64,000 nucleotides of DNA, taken from NCBI RefSeq assembly GCF_024166365.1, contig NC_064841.1, positions 46,439,680 through 46,503,679 of the forward strand. Direction: 5' to 3'. Every line of letters starts with the position of its first letter. The first letter of the stretch is position 1. Shown piece after piece: positions 25,701 through 36,400 of the stretch. The notes beneath the pieces are model-generated. The model had not been told where the DNA came from, did no database searches, and saw only the letters and a program-made list of their open reading frames with translations. The position numbers were made by a program, and so were the translations under genes. The DNA comes from Elephas maximus. Lineage: Eukaryota.

Positions 25701-26495
25701 ACAACCCTAGGAGCCCTAATACAGGGCATAAACAGAATACAAAACGTTACCAAAAATGATGAAGAGAAACCAGATAACTGGGAGCTCCTAAAAATCAAAC
25801 ACCTATGCTCATCTAAAGTCTTCACCAAAAGAGTAAAAAGACCACCTACAGACTGGGAAAGAATATTCAGCTATGACATCTCAGACCAGCGCCTGATCTC
25901 TAAAATCTACATGATTCTGTCAAAACTCAACCACAAAAAGACAAACAACCCAATCAAGAAGTGGGCAAAGGATATGAACACACATTTCACTAAAGAAGAT
26001 ATTCAGGCAGCCAACAGATACATGAGAAAATGCTCCCGATCATTAGCTATTAATAGAGAAATGCAAATTAAAACTACGATGAGATTCCATCTCACACCAA
26101 CTAGACTGGCATTAATCCAAAAAACACAAAATAATAAATGTTGCAGAGGCTGCAGAGAGATTGGAACTCTCATACACTGCTGGTGGGATTGTAAAATGGT
26201 ACAACCACTTTGGAAATCTATCTGGCGATATCTTAAACAGTTAGAAATAGAACTACCATACAACCCAGAAATCCCACTCCTCGGAATATACCCTAGAGAT
26301 ACAAGAGCCTTCACACAAACAGATATATGCACACCCATGTTTATTGCAGCTCTGTTTACAATAGCAAAAAGCTGGAAGCAACCAAGGTGTCCGTCAACGG
26401 ATGAATGGGTAAATAAATTGTGGTATATTCACACAATGGAATACTACGCATCGATAAAGAACAGTGACAAATCTCTGAAACATTTCATAACATAG
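22754..26495 (+). pseudogene. L1 ORF2 (endonuclease, reverse transcriptase, Cys-rich domain), disrupted; longest piece 23049-25022
   Basis: Six-frame track: 92 aa EN start, 657 aa EN/RT piece containing FADDMIVY, then 134 aa and 270 aa C-terminal pieces in different frames. Confidence 0.85.
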
Positions 26496-27837
26496 AGGAA
26501 TCTGGAAGGCATTATGCTGAGCGAAATGAGTCAGAGGCAAAAGGACAAATATTGTATAAGACCACTAGTATAAGATCTTGAGACATAGAAAAAACGGAGA
26601 AGAACACATACTTTTGTGGTTACAAAGGGGGGAGGGAGGGAGGGAGAGGGTTTTTTATTGATCAATCAGTAGATAAGAACTGCTTTGGGTGAAGGGAAAG
26701 ACAACACACAATACAAGGAAGGTCAGCCTAATTGGACTGGACTAAAAGCAAAGAGGTTTCCGGGACAGCGGAGCAGGGGCTGGGGTCTGGGGAACATGGT
26801 TTGAGGGGACTTCTAAGTCAACGGGCAAAATAATTCTATTATGAAAACATTCTGCATCCCACTTTGAATTGTGGCGTCTGGGGTCCTAAATGCCAACAAG
26901 CGGCCATCTAAGATACATCAATTGGTCTCAACCCACCTGGAGCAAAGGCAAAGGAAGAACACCAAGGTCACACGACAACTAAGAACCCAAGAGACAGAAA
27001 GGGCCACATGAACCAGAGACCTACATTATCCTGAGACCAGAAGAACTAGTTGGTGCCCGGCCACAATCGATGTCTGCCCTGCCAGGGAGCACAACAGACA
27101 ACTCCTGAGGGAGCAGGAGGCCAATGGGATACAGACCCCAAATTCTCATAAAAAGACCATACTTAATGGTATGACTGCGACTAGAGGAATCCCGGAGGCA
27201 ATGCTCCCCAGACCTTCTGATGGCACAGGACAGGAACCATCCCTGAAGACAACTCATCAGACATGAAAAGGACTGGTCAGCGGCGGGGAGAGAGATGCTG
27301 ATGAAGAGCGAGCTAATTAAATCAGGTGGACACTGGAGAGTGTGTTGGCAACTCTTGAGTGGAGGGGGGATGGGAAGATAGAGAGAGAGGGAAGACGGCA
27401 AAATTGGCACGAAACGAGAGACTGAAAGGGCTGACTCAATAGGGGGAGAGCAAGTGGGAGAAGGGAGTAAGATGTATGTAAACTTACATGTGACAAACTG
27501 ATTGGAATGGTAAATGTTCACTTGAAGCTTAATAAAAATTAATTAAAAAAAAATTAGAGAAAAAGTGAAGGACCATGTATAAAAATATCTAAAATAATTG
27601 TTAGACATGTTGCAACTTCCAATTTTCTATTGGACATATGCCAAAAACAAATACTGATCCTAACTGTAGATGTGTCTCATGAGGGTGGCGCCATGAGGAT
27701 TCTTCCAAAACTGGGCTCTGCATAACTACAGGAAAGAACCAAATTCTTATGTATCTACACACATATGGACATAGATAGATAAAGACACAGATAAATATCT
27801 ATCTATAAACAATACACAGATATACTTGTATATAAAA

Positions 27838-27995
27838 CCAAACCAAACCCATTGGCGTCAACTCATTTCTGACTCATAGCAACCTTATTGGACAGAGTAG
27901 AACTGTCCCACAGAGTTTCCAAGGAGCAGCTGATGGATTCGAACTTCCAACCCTTTGGTTAGCAGCTGTAGCTCTTAACCACTGTGTCACCAGGG
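27838..27995 (-). mobile_element. AfroSINE copy with (GGTTT)n-type tail (seen as AAACCAAACCAAACC on the plus strand)
   Basis: GGAGCCCTGGTGACACAGTGGTTAAGAGCTACAGCTGCTAACCAAAGGGTTGGAAGTTCGAATCC... in minus-strand reading. Confidence 0.8.
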
Positions 27996-28140
27996 CTCCT
28001 AGCTATATATAGATTAGATAGATAGATATAGATTAGATAGATAGATACTTATATACATACACAGATACATAGACACACAGATACATACATACATACATAG
28101 ATGGATAAAAACATGATTGATAAAGAGAGAGAAAGAGATA
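27996..28140. repeat. (GATA)n/(TAGA)n-rich tetranucleotide microsatellite
   Basis: TAGATAGATAGATATAGATTAGATAGATAGATAC...ACATACATACATACATAGATGGATA seen directly. Shorter GATA runs also at 27770-27800. Confidence 0.85.
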
Positions 28141-28865
28141 CATATAGAGAGAGGAATGCTAACACAATAGTAGGAGACTCATTTTTAACATAAGGAATTT
28201 AGAAAGATGCCAGACTCAAACTAGGAACAAAAACCTCAAGAACATGTTTCTAATTATACATGTACTTTATGGGCTTTAACCCAGGAAACATTTTTCTCCA
28301 TAAAATAAATTAGTTCAATTTCACAGAGGAAAATTGTCTGTTATTTTAATACGACAACACAGCTGTAGAAGACGTACCACTGGGAATAGTTTCTTCCATT
28401 TGCTCTTTCAATTGCAATTAGCCATAATTGCATTTTCTATTGTGTTGGAAGCATATCTGCCTTTCCCTAAGATAGTCAGAAGTTACAGAGCTCTAGAAGT
28501 AGTTAGCTATGAAAAAGGTTAAGGTTTGGACATTAGCTGATAATCAAGACCATTCATATCCCTCAGGCCTATTACTAACCTCTTGACCTACACGATCAAG
28601 AATCGTAATTTGCCAGCAGTAAAAAGCTATCATTGATCAGCTCTTGTATTTGAGCATTTTACAGACAGGAATGTCTAGTTTTCTTGGAAGCTTATTTTCC
28701 CCTTAGTGCTCTCTATGCTCTTTTTCTCCAGGGTAAAAGGAAAGAACAGTCAACTATCAACTCAATTTGACGAGTACTAAAACATAAGTGTTATTATTTA
28801 AGCTAATGAATTAGGAAGCAGGTTTGTTATGTTAGGGGTTATGTTTCAAGGACACAGTGACTTAC

Positions 28866-29003
28866 ATCATTAAGGCTGATTTTGTTCACTGGCTTGATAA
28901 GCGTGTGCTCCAGATGGCCCAGCGTTTCCGCCCAAATCATCTCCACCAAATCACTGACCTCTTGGCTCAGAGTATTCAAATTTATTACCTCCTCCAAAAG
29001 CAA
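28866..29003 (-). CDS. PARP4: PARP4 coding exon
   Basis: Strong polypyrimidine tract then ccag|TTGCTTTTGGAGG acceptor, donor AATGAT|gtaagt. Translation LLLEEVINLNTLSQEVSDLVEMIWAETLGHLEHTLIKPVNKISLND matches recalled human LLLEEVMNSSTLSQEVSDLVEMIWAEALGHLEHMLLKPVNRISLND. Confidence 0.85.
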
Positions 29004-29321
29004 CTGGAACAACAAAAAACAAAAAAAATCAACGAAAAGTTATCAAGAGTGAATGAGTTTAAAATTAACACAAGGAGAAGAAGAGAAGTGGGAGAAGAAA
29101 TAATTACAGCCCAGAAGAGGGTCACCCCAGCCAAAAAACAACTCCTCTTCTAGGTCTATCCTGTTTCAGGCCTCTCCCTCTGTCTCCTTCATACACTTGC
29201 CTCTAATTTCCTCCCTCTCTTCCTGTCCCTTTTTTTTTTTTTGCTTGCCTTTTGCCTTCAAACCTCACCCTGTAAGTTTGAGTCCTTCCAGTGGCATTAA
29301 GTACATGTAGTCAGAGCATTC

Positions 29322-29700
29322 AAATTGTGGTGTTGGTGAGGAAATTGAATATACTGTAGACTGCCAGAAAAACTAATAACCCAGTCTTAGAAGAAATACA
29401 ATCAGAAAGTTCCATAGAAGCAAGGATAGTAAGACTTCAACTCACTTTCTTTAGACATGTCATTGGGAAAGACCAATCACTACAAAAGAACATCATGGTG
29501 GGTAAAATAGAGCGACACTGAAGGCAAGGAAGGACCTCAACGAGATGGACTGATACAGTAGCCAAAACAATGGACTCAAACATACCAACAATCATGAAGA
29601 CCGTGCAGGACCAAGCAACATTTTGTTCTATTGCACATGGGGTCATTATGAGTCAGTGCTGACTTGATGGCAAGTAACAACAAAAAGTCAAAGTTAACCT
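29322..29700 (+). mobile_element. BovB/RTE LINE 3'-end fragment
   Basis: ...KDIMVGKIERH.RQGRTSTRWTDTVAKTMDSNIPTIMKTVQDQATFCSIAHGVIMSQC-like frame plus tail GTCATTATGAGTCAGTGCTGACTTGATGGCAAGTAACAACAA. Confidence 0.7.
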
Positions 29701-30019
29701 AAATTGGTGTGTAAACCTTCCCTGAAAGCACAATAAAATATTATTTAAAAAAAAGAAAAAAAAGTGAGGGTTAAGGATCCCTGACTTCTGGCTTGGATCA
29801 TAATAACTCTTTTCAAAGCTATGAGGGTTTGTTGCTGATATAGGCGATTTTTTTTTTTTTTTTTTTTATAGGCAATAGGCTTTGTGGGTTATCCTGGAAT
29901 TCACTTCCCACTCAGCCTCCATGCCTCCCTGTCGGTTCACCTTTCCTTCTCTTAACTCCTACTCTTCTCTCCTACTGGCTTTTTATTTGTATAGAGAAAA
30001 CATTTCCATTAAATGTATT

Positions 30020-33000
30020 AAAATCAGGACTTCCAGGAAGATGGCAGAGTGAACAGATCTAAAATCCAGACCCTCTTTACAAGAACAACAATAAAAGCAA
30101 CTAGAATCCAGTACAAAGCCCTCTGGAATCATGGACAATGAAAAACAGCAAGGAACTGAAAATTGAATAAAAGCGACGACAAAGCACAAAGTAGGGAAAG
30201 CAGCTCTTCCACTTTCCCTGCCTGTCCCTTTCCTGGTACAGCAGTGGGATGCTCAGGCAGCAGCCTAACAACCAACTCACATCGTCATTTGGCACACAGC
30301 TCTCAGCTCATGAGAAGGGACCGCTTAAACTTGAGCTCTGAAACCAGGAGCAGATCTTTGACATAGACAGTGTATTTAGCTCCTAACTGGCTGATCTACA
30401 CTGCCATTGAGAGCACAGAACTCCGGCACCTCCGGATCCAAGGCCAAAAGCAGATCTCTAGTGCAAACAGTTTGAGAGGCCTCCACTCATCTCCTCCTAG
30501 TGTGGCAGAGGGAGGGCCGGGAGCCACAGAGCCACACCAACGGTGGGCATACGAATCTCTGCGACACAGGAAGGGGTCTGGTGGCTTGTGGCTCCTCGAC
30601 CAAGGGTGGCTTTCCTGGGCAGACCAGAGAGGGTGCCTCCAGTCCCTACTAGTCAGCAAAGAGAAGCCTGAAAACCACCTGGCAATGACCCAGGGCACAA
30701 TCCAAGCCACAGTGCATAAACAGTTGGCCCTGCCACAGAAAGGTCAGATTTGCACAGAGCATGACCAAGACACCTGAGCAGTCAGACCTGGGCAAGAATG
30801 GCTTGGTGAGCACAACCTAAGCTAGAGTTCTGGTAAGTCCTAGGCAACAGCAACATGGTACATGCAGCACAGACCTCAGTATATGAACAATTGGGCCTGG
30901 GACAGAAAGATATGGACAATGAAGCACAGGCCGAGACACATGAATAGTAGGACTTGGGGCAGAGCGGCCTCGTGAGCACAGTGTAAGTGAGAATTCCCGT
31001 AAGTTCCAGGAAAGAGCGGTGCATGGGTACAGTGCAGGCTGCAGTGCACGTGCAGTCAGGCCCACAGTGGAGAAGAATGAAGGGTGCATTGTGGGCCCAA
31101 ATTCCTGGGCAGACAGATCTGGGGCAGAGTGGCTCAGGAAGCACAGAATTGGCTGGAGTTCCCGTGAGTCCCAGGAAGAAACAACAAGGTGAACACAGCA
31201 GTCTGGAGTTCATGAATAGTGAGGACATGTGGTAAATTGGCAACAGTTGCTGCTTCCAGGGTGGGACTCTGAGGTTGGTATAGTACAGATGATACTTCTG
31301 GAACAGGAATCTGTGGTGTGTCTGTGACTGCTGCAGCTACTGGGAGGGGCCTAGTGCCAGAGTTGTAAGGTCAGGCCTCACAGGAAAGAGATCTGTGGTA
31401 AGCAGTCAAAGATAGCTGGTAATATCTAAAGGGGGAAAGCTGCTGATGGGACATGGCCAGTGTCTCTGAGGAAGGCATCTGGTACCAAAGTAATATGGTC
31501 AGTATGCCCAATATCTGGCGGGGAAGCAATCACACCAAGTGCTACAAGCCACGCAGTCTGGTGCTGAAGTGGCTCAGCCACCACCACCCTTAGGGAACCT
31601 AGAGGTGAAAGTGATGGCTGGTGTCCCAGGGCAGTGAGACCAATGAGGAAGGGACAACACCAAGTACACCTAGATGGGGAGTCTGGAGTGAAAGCAGAGA
31701 ACTACAAACTTCAATAAATTAAAAAAATAATAATAACAACAACACTAAAGAGGAAGAAGAGCAAAGGCAGAGCCAACATGGCACTACAGACATAAGCACC
31801 ATGCTGTCCCTCCACAGCAAAGACTCAAAAAATTAAGTAAAACAGAGACAAACATCAATCCTGGAACTCTAAGTGTCAAATGAAGACACAAAAAACTCAA
31901 CCAAGCACCAAATGGAATAAGAAACTGACAGAAAATAGAGAGCATGGAGAGATATGTGCAGAGGTCCCTATCACTTAACACAGCACAGATTCACCATCTT
32001 GGGCACCTGCTGAAGATTGGAATATAAGAAGTATGGAAAAGCAGCTTCAAAGATCTCCCAACAGGAGACATAGCACCCAGTAACCAGCGATGTATGTTTT
32101 CCCACCCTCTATCCTTCTCCTCCCTGCTGCTTGGCCTCCATCACTTCCTAGCCAGGAAGAACAGGATCTGTGCCACTTGGATTTGACCCACCTACATTGG
32201 AGATCGGTGGACAGGGAGTACAGAAAAGCAGCTTCACAGAGCTCCAGCATGAGACAGAACGCCCGAAACTGGGATATATACTTTCCCGCTCCCCACCCTT
32301 CATACCACCCCTTGGCTGGGAGGGACCAGGCTGCTTGGATTTGGCCCATCCACAGTGGCTGGTGCCATCGCTGCCATTTGTTTGTTGCTAGTATCACCTT
32401 TTTCTGCTTCTTTTGGTTTCCTTGCTGCATCTAACCACCTTCCCCCTCCTTCCTCTTGACTACCTGGCCCCAAAAGCCAGTTTTGCTTCTTCTTGGAAGG
32501 CTGGTGAAGCACCACTCAGCTGGGGAACTACTTCCCCAGACCGAGCCACCATGCTGGTGGGAACCCCAGGGCCATTTTATTTGTTTTGTTTTTATTGTTG
32601 TTTTCTTTTTCTTTTCACAGCTCAGGAGCCCCTTCTAGTGAAGCTGTCCTGCCCAGCTTGGGAGACACTGCCCCAGTTTGCAAACCCATGCCAGTGGGAT
32701 CCCTGGGGGCATTTCTTTTTTTGTTTTGGTGTTTTGTTCTGTTTTGGTTTCTTTTTCTCTTCGTGGCTTGGGAGCCCCTTCTAGACAGGCTGTCTAGGCA
32801 GCCTGGGAGCCACTTACCCGGTCTTTGCAGCTACACCGGTGGAATCCCTGGGGGCTGTTCTTTTCTTTTTTCTTTTCTGCTTTTTCTTTATTTTACTGTT
32901 TTTTCCTTTTTCTTTCTTTTTTTCTCCTTTTGTTTTTACCATTTCTTGATTTCTCATTTCTCCACTCCAACAATAAGCACTCTTCTTTGTTTGTTTCTTT

Positions 33001-33461
33001 TGGCTCCTGTTTCTCTCTCCATTCTCTTCTTTCCCATATTCATCTTAGCTGCACACATCAAAATCTCCCACTCCTTCCTACCTACCTCTACTTTGCACTG
33101 AACATCACACCTCCGAACAGGACAGGCACAGCTCACTGGAATCTGTCCTGATTCCCAACTCATGCTGTCGGGCCAAGTACATGCCACAAACAACCCATCC
33201 CAGCCCTTGCCCTTCAGCTGAACTTACCCTCTGCACCACATTTGAGCAACTGGCCCTGTCCATTGGACAAGGATTTCATAAGTATCATGCCCACAGACAA
33301 GCAAATAACAAACAACAAACAGCATGCTTGCTCAAACATAACCAAATAAAACAAAAAAGCAGGGTGAAACAAATCCACAATCAATAAACAAAGAAAATAA
33401 CTACTGAATATCCCAAAGACAGCAGACAATACCAAAACATATTTGAAAAAAAAAGGACAGA
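30020..33461 (+). mobile_element. 5' part (long 5'UTR with tandem-repeat arrays) of older L1 element C, separated from its body by the insertion of element B
   Basis: Begins GACTTCCAGGAAGATGGCAGAGTGAACAG...CCCTCTTTACAAGAACAACAATAAAAGC, parallel to the 5' starts of L1 A, B and E. Tandem repeats at about 30780-31250 and 32590-32960. The sequence flanking B continues into C at 41534. Confidence 0.6.
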
Positions 33462-36400
33462 GGGAGAGGGGCCCAAGATGGCTGACTAGGTAGACGCTAC
33501 CTCGGATCCCTCTTGCAACAAAGACTCGGAAAAACAAGTGAATCGATCACATACATGACAATCTATGAACCCTGAAAACCAAACACAGATTTAAAAAGTT
33601 GACCTGAGTGACAGAGAATGAGAATGAACAACTACGGGGAAGCAGCGACTGTTCGGACCTGGAGCCAGCGTCCCTGTCAGGTAACCTTGGCGCCGGGCTT
33701 AGGACTGGGCCCAGTGAAGCTGAATACAACATCTTGTGACGGCGCAAACACGGGGCGCAGCCCTACCCCCCTGAACTGACCCCAGGAGGGGGCCCAGCCG
33801 CTCCGCGCAGGCAGTGTGGTGATGCAGCTGGTGGGAGAAGTCCCCAGGAGGCAGTGACTGGTTTTGGAGCAGGGAGTGCAGCGTCCCAGCCGGGGAACCT
33901 TGGCGCCGGGCTTTGGACTCGGCACAGGGGAGCTGAACACAGCATCTGGTCATGGCACAAACACGGGGCACGGCCCTACACCCCTGAACTAACCCCGGGA
34001 GGGGCCCCAGCCAGTCCGCGGAGGTGGTGCGGCGACGCGGCTGGCGGGACGAAAAGTCCCCGGGAGGCAGCGACTGATTTTGGAGCTGAGAGTGCAGCGT
34101 CCCAGCAGGTGAACCTTGACACTGGGCTTTGGACTGGCAGCGGAGGATCTGACTGCAGCTTCAGCGGGCCAGACCCTCGTGGACAATCTCCACACAGCCA
34201 GCACACATAGGCGACACGCCCCTCGGGAATCTCAGATAAAATACTCATCCCAAGCAAGACAAGCAACTTTGGCTATATTCCAGGGTGCTACCCTCTGCTG
34301 TTTATCTGAACCCTCCCCTCTCCTTCCCAGGAGACTTCATTAACATTGGAATTTCCTGAGCCGGGGGAGAACGGCTCCGGCTCCGCTGCTTCGCTTTTCC
34401 CTTTTTTTTTTTTTTCGGTCTGTTCCTAACCCATTCTTCCAGCCTGAGAGAAGCAACCACAAAAAACCCAGGGACCAAAAATCCTTCCCTAATTGGACTA
34501 AAAACACCGAACCAGCTCCAGCCAAGCATATATGATCCAAATCTCGGGCTTTCATCCTTACAGGGAACAAGGTGGCTGTTATAATGCAAAGGCAGTTCTG
34601 ACAGGGACCTGACTGCATTTTTTTTTTAGCGGATTTACTGGAAAAACAAGTTTCCCAGGTCTGATATCTCTGCGTATTCAACAGAGCCTTAACTGACCCA
34701 CAACAGGGAACTGGGGGCTGAAGCTCCCCCCAGACGACCTAGCCTCTTGCCTTAGGGGTCTAAGGACGGTGACACCTACCAATCAGTAGAGGTACTTGCA
34801 TTAGGGGGCCTAACGTACAGCTACAGAGCCCTCCCACCAAGGTGCTATAGGAATAGAGACACACCTACCTCACTGACAATCGGGGGAAGCCTGTCAGCAT
34901 CCTGCTCCCCCTGGAGTGTGAACCCCAGTTGCTAATAGAATCTGGTGCATACAACTATCATCACTACTTCTCGAGGTGGATAGGTGTTAGGGTGCAGCAC
35001 ACACTGGATGACCCAAATCAGATTCTACTCAAGAATAGTGAATAGACTCAGGCATATATACCTGGCAACAGCCCAAACCAGCTGGTAATAGGTGATAAGT
35101 AAGTCAAGGGCTACAACAAACAAGACAGCACAATCTAGTAGCCCATCCACGTATATTGAAAGAAAACAAGATAAAACTCAGTGAGCAATTATAGAATAAA
35201 TCACTACTATATCTTAGTGATGGCTTGGAGACAGCAGTCGATATCAAACCACATAAAGAAGCAGACCATGACTGCTTCTACAACCCCCAAACAAAAGAAT
35301 CAAAATCTTTCCCAAATGAAGATACAATCCTGGAATTATCAGATACAGAATATAAAAAACTAATTTACAGAATGCTCCAAGAAATCAGGGATGACCTCAG
35401 AAATGAAATAAGGCAAACTGCAGAAAAAGCCAAGGAACACACTGATAAAACAGTTGAAGAACTCCAAAAGATTATTCAAGAATACAGTGGAAAAATTAAT
35501 AAGTTGCAAGAATCCATAGAGAGACACCATGCAGAAATCCAAAAGATTAACAATAAAATTACAGAATTAGACAACGCAATAGGAAGTCAGAGGAGCAGAC
35601 ATGAACAATTAGAATGCAGAGTGGGAAATCTGGAGGACCAGGGAATTAAAACCAACATAGCTGAAAAAAAATTATGATAAAAGAATTTAAAAAATTGAAG
35701 AAACCCTAAGAATCATGTGGGACTCTATCAAGAAGGATAACTTGCATGTGATTGGAGTCCCAGAACAGGGAGGGTGGACAGAAAACACAGAGAGAATAGT
35801 TGAACAATTGCTGACAGAAAACTTCCCTGACATCATAAAACACAAAAGGATATCTATCCAAGATGCTCATCGAACCCCATTTAAGATTGATCCAAAAAGA
35901 AAAACACCAAGACATATTATCATCAAACTTGCCAAAACCAAAGATAAAGAGAAAATTTTAAAAGCAGCCAGGGAGAAAAGAAAGGTCTCCTTCAAGGGAG
36001 AATCAATAAGAATAAGTTCAGACTACTCAGCAGAAACCATGCAGGCAAGAAGGCAATGGGATGACATATACAGAGCACTGAAGGAGAAAAACTGCCAGCC
36101 AAGGATCATATATCCAGCAAAACTCTCTCTGAAATATGAAGGTGAAATTAAGATATTTACAGATAAACACAAGCTTAGAGAATTTGCAAAAACCAAACCA
36201 AAGCTACAAGAAATACTAAAGGAAATTGGTCAGAAAACCAATAATATCAGACACCAGCAATACGTAAGGTCACAGAACAGAACATCCTGATATCAGCTCA
36301 AATAGGGAAATCACAAAAACAAATTAAGATTAATTAAAAAAAAAACTGCTCAAAACAGGGAATGAATGAAGTCAATATGTAAAAGATAACAATAATCAAA

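Larger units (their letters stand above)
20639..27558 (+). mobile_element. Full-length LINE-1 (element A, about 6.9 kb) with 13-bp TSD AAAATTAGAGAAA at 20626-20638 and 27559-27572
   Basis: Starts ...GGCCAAGATGGCGGACTAGGTGG. CpG-rich 5'UTR with one roughly 210-bp monomer. ORF1 at 21254-22272 is broken by a stop near 21350. ORF2 at 22754-26495 (EN-RT-Cys domain; FADD box at about 24850) is broken into four frames. About 1 kb 3'UTR and poly-A. Confidence 0.9.

Noticed and set aside
30370-33193. Cluster of overlapping 100-170 aa ORFs on both strands (30370-30777, 30782-31243, 32047-32430, 32586-33101 and others)
   Set aside because: They lie in the tandem-repeat-rich 5'UTR of L1 element C. The low-complexity CT-rich and purine-rich repeats produce long stop-free frames by chance on both strands, with no recognisable protein motifs.
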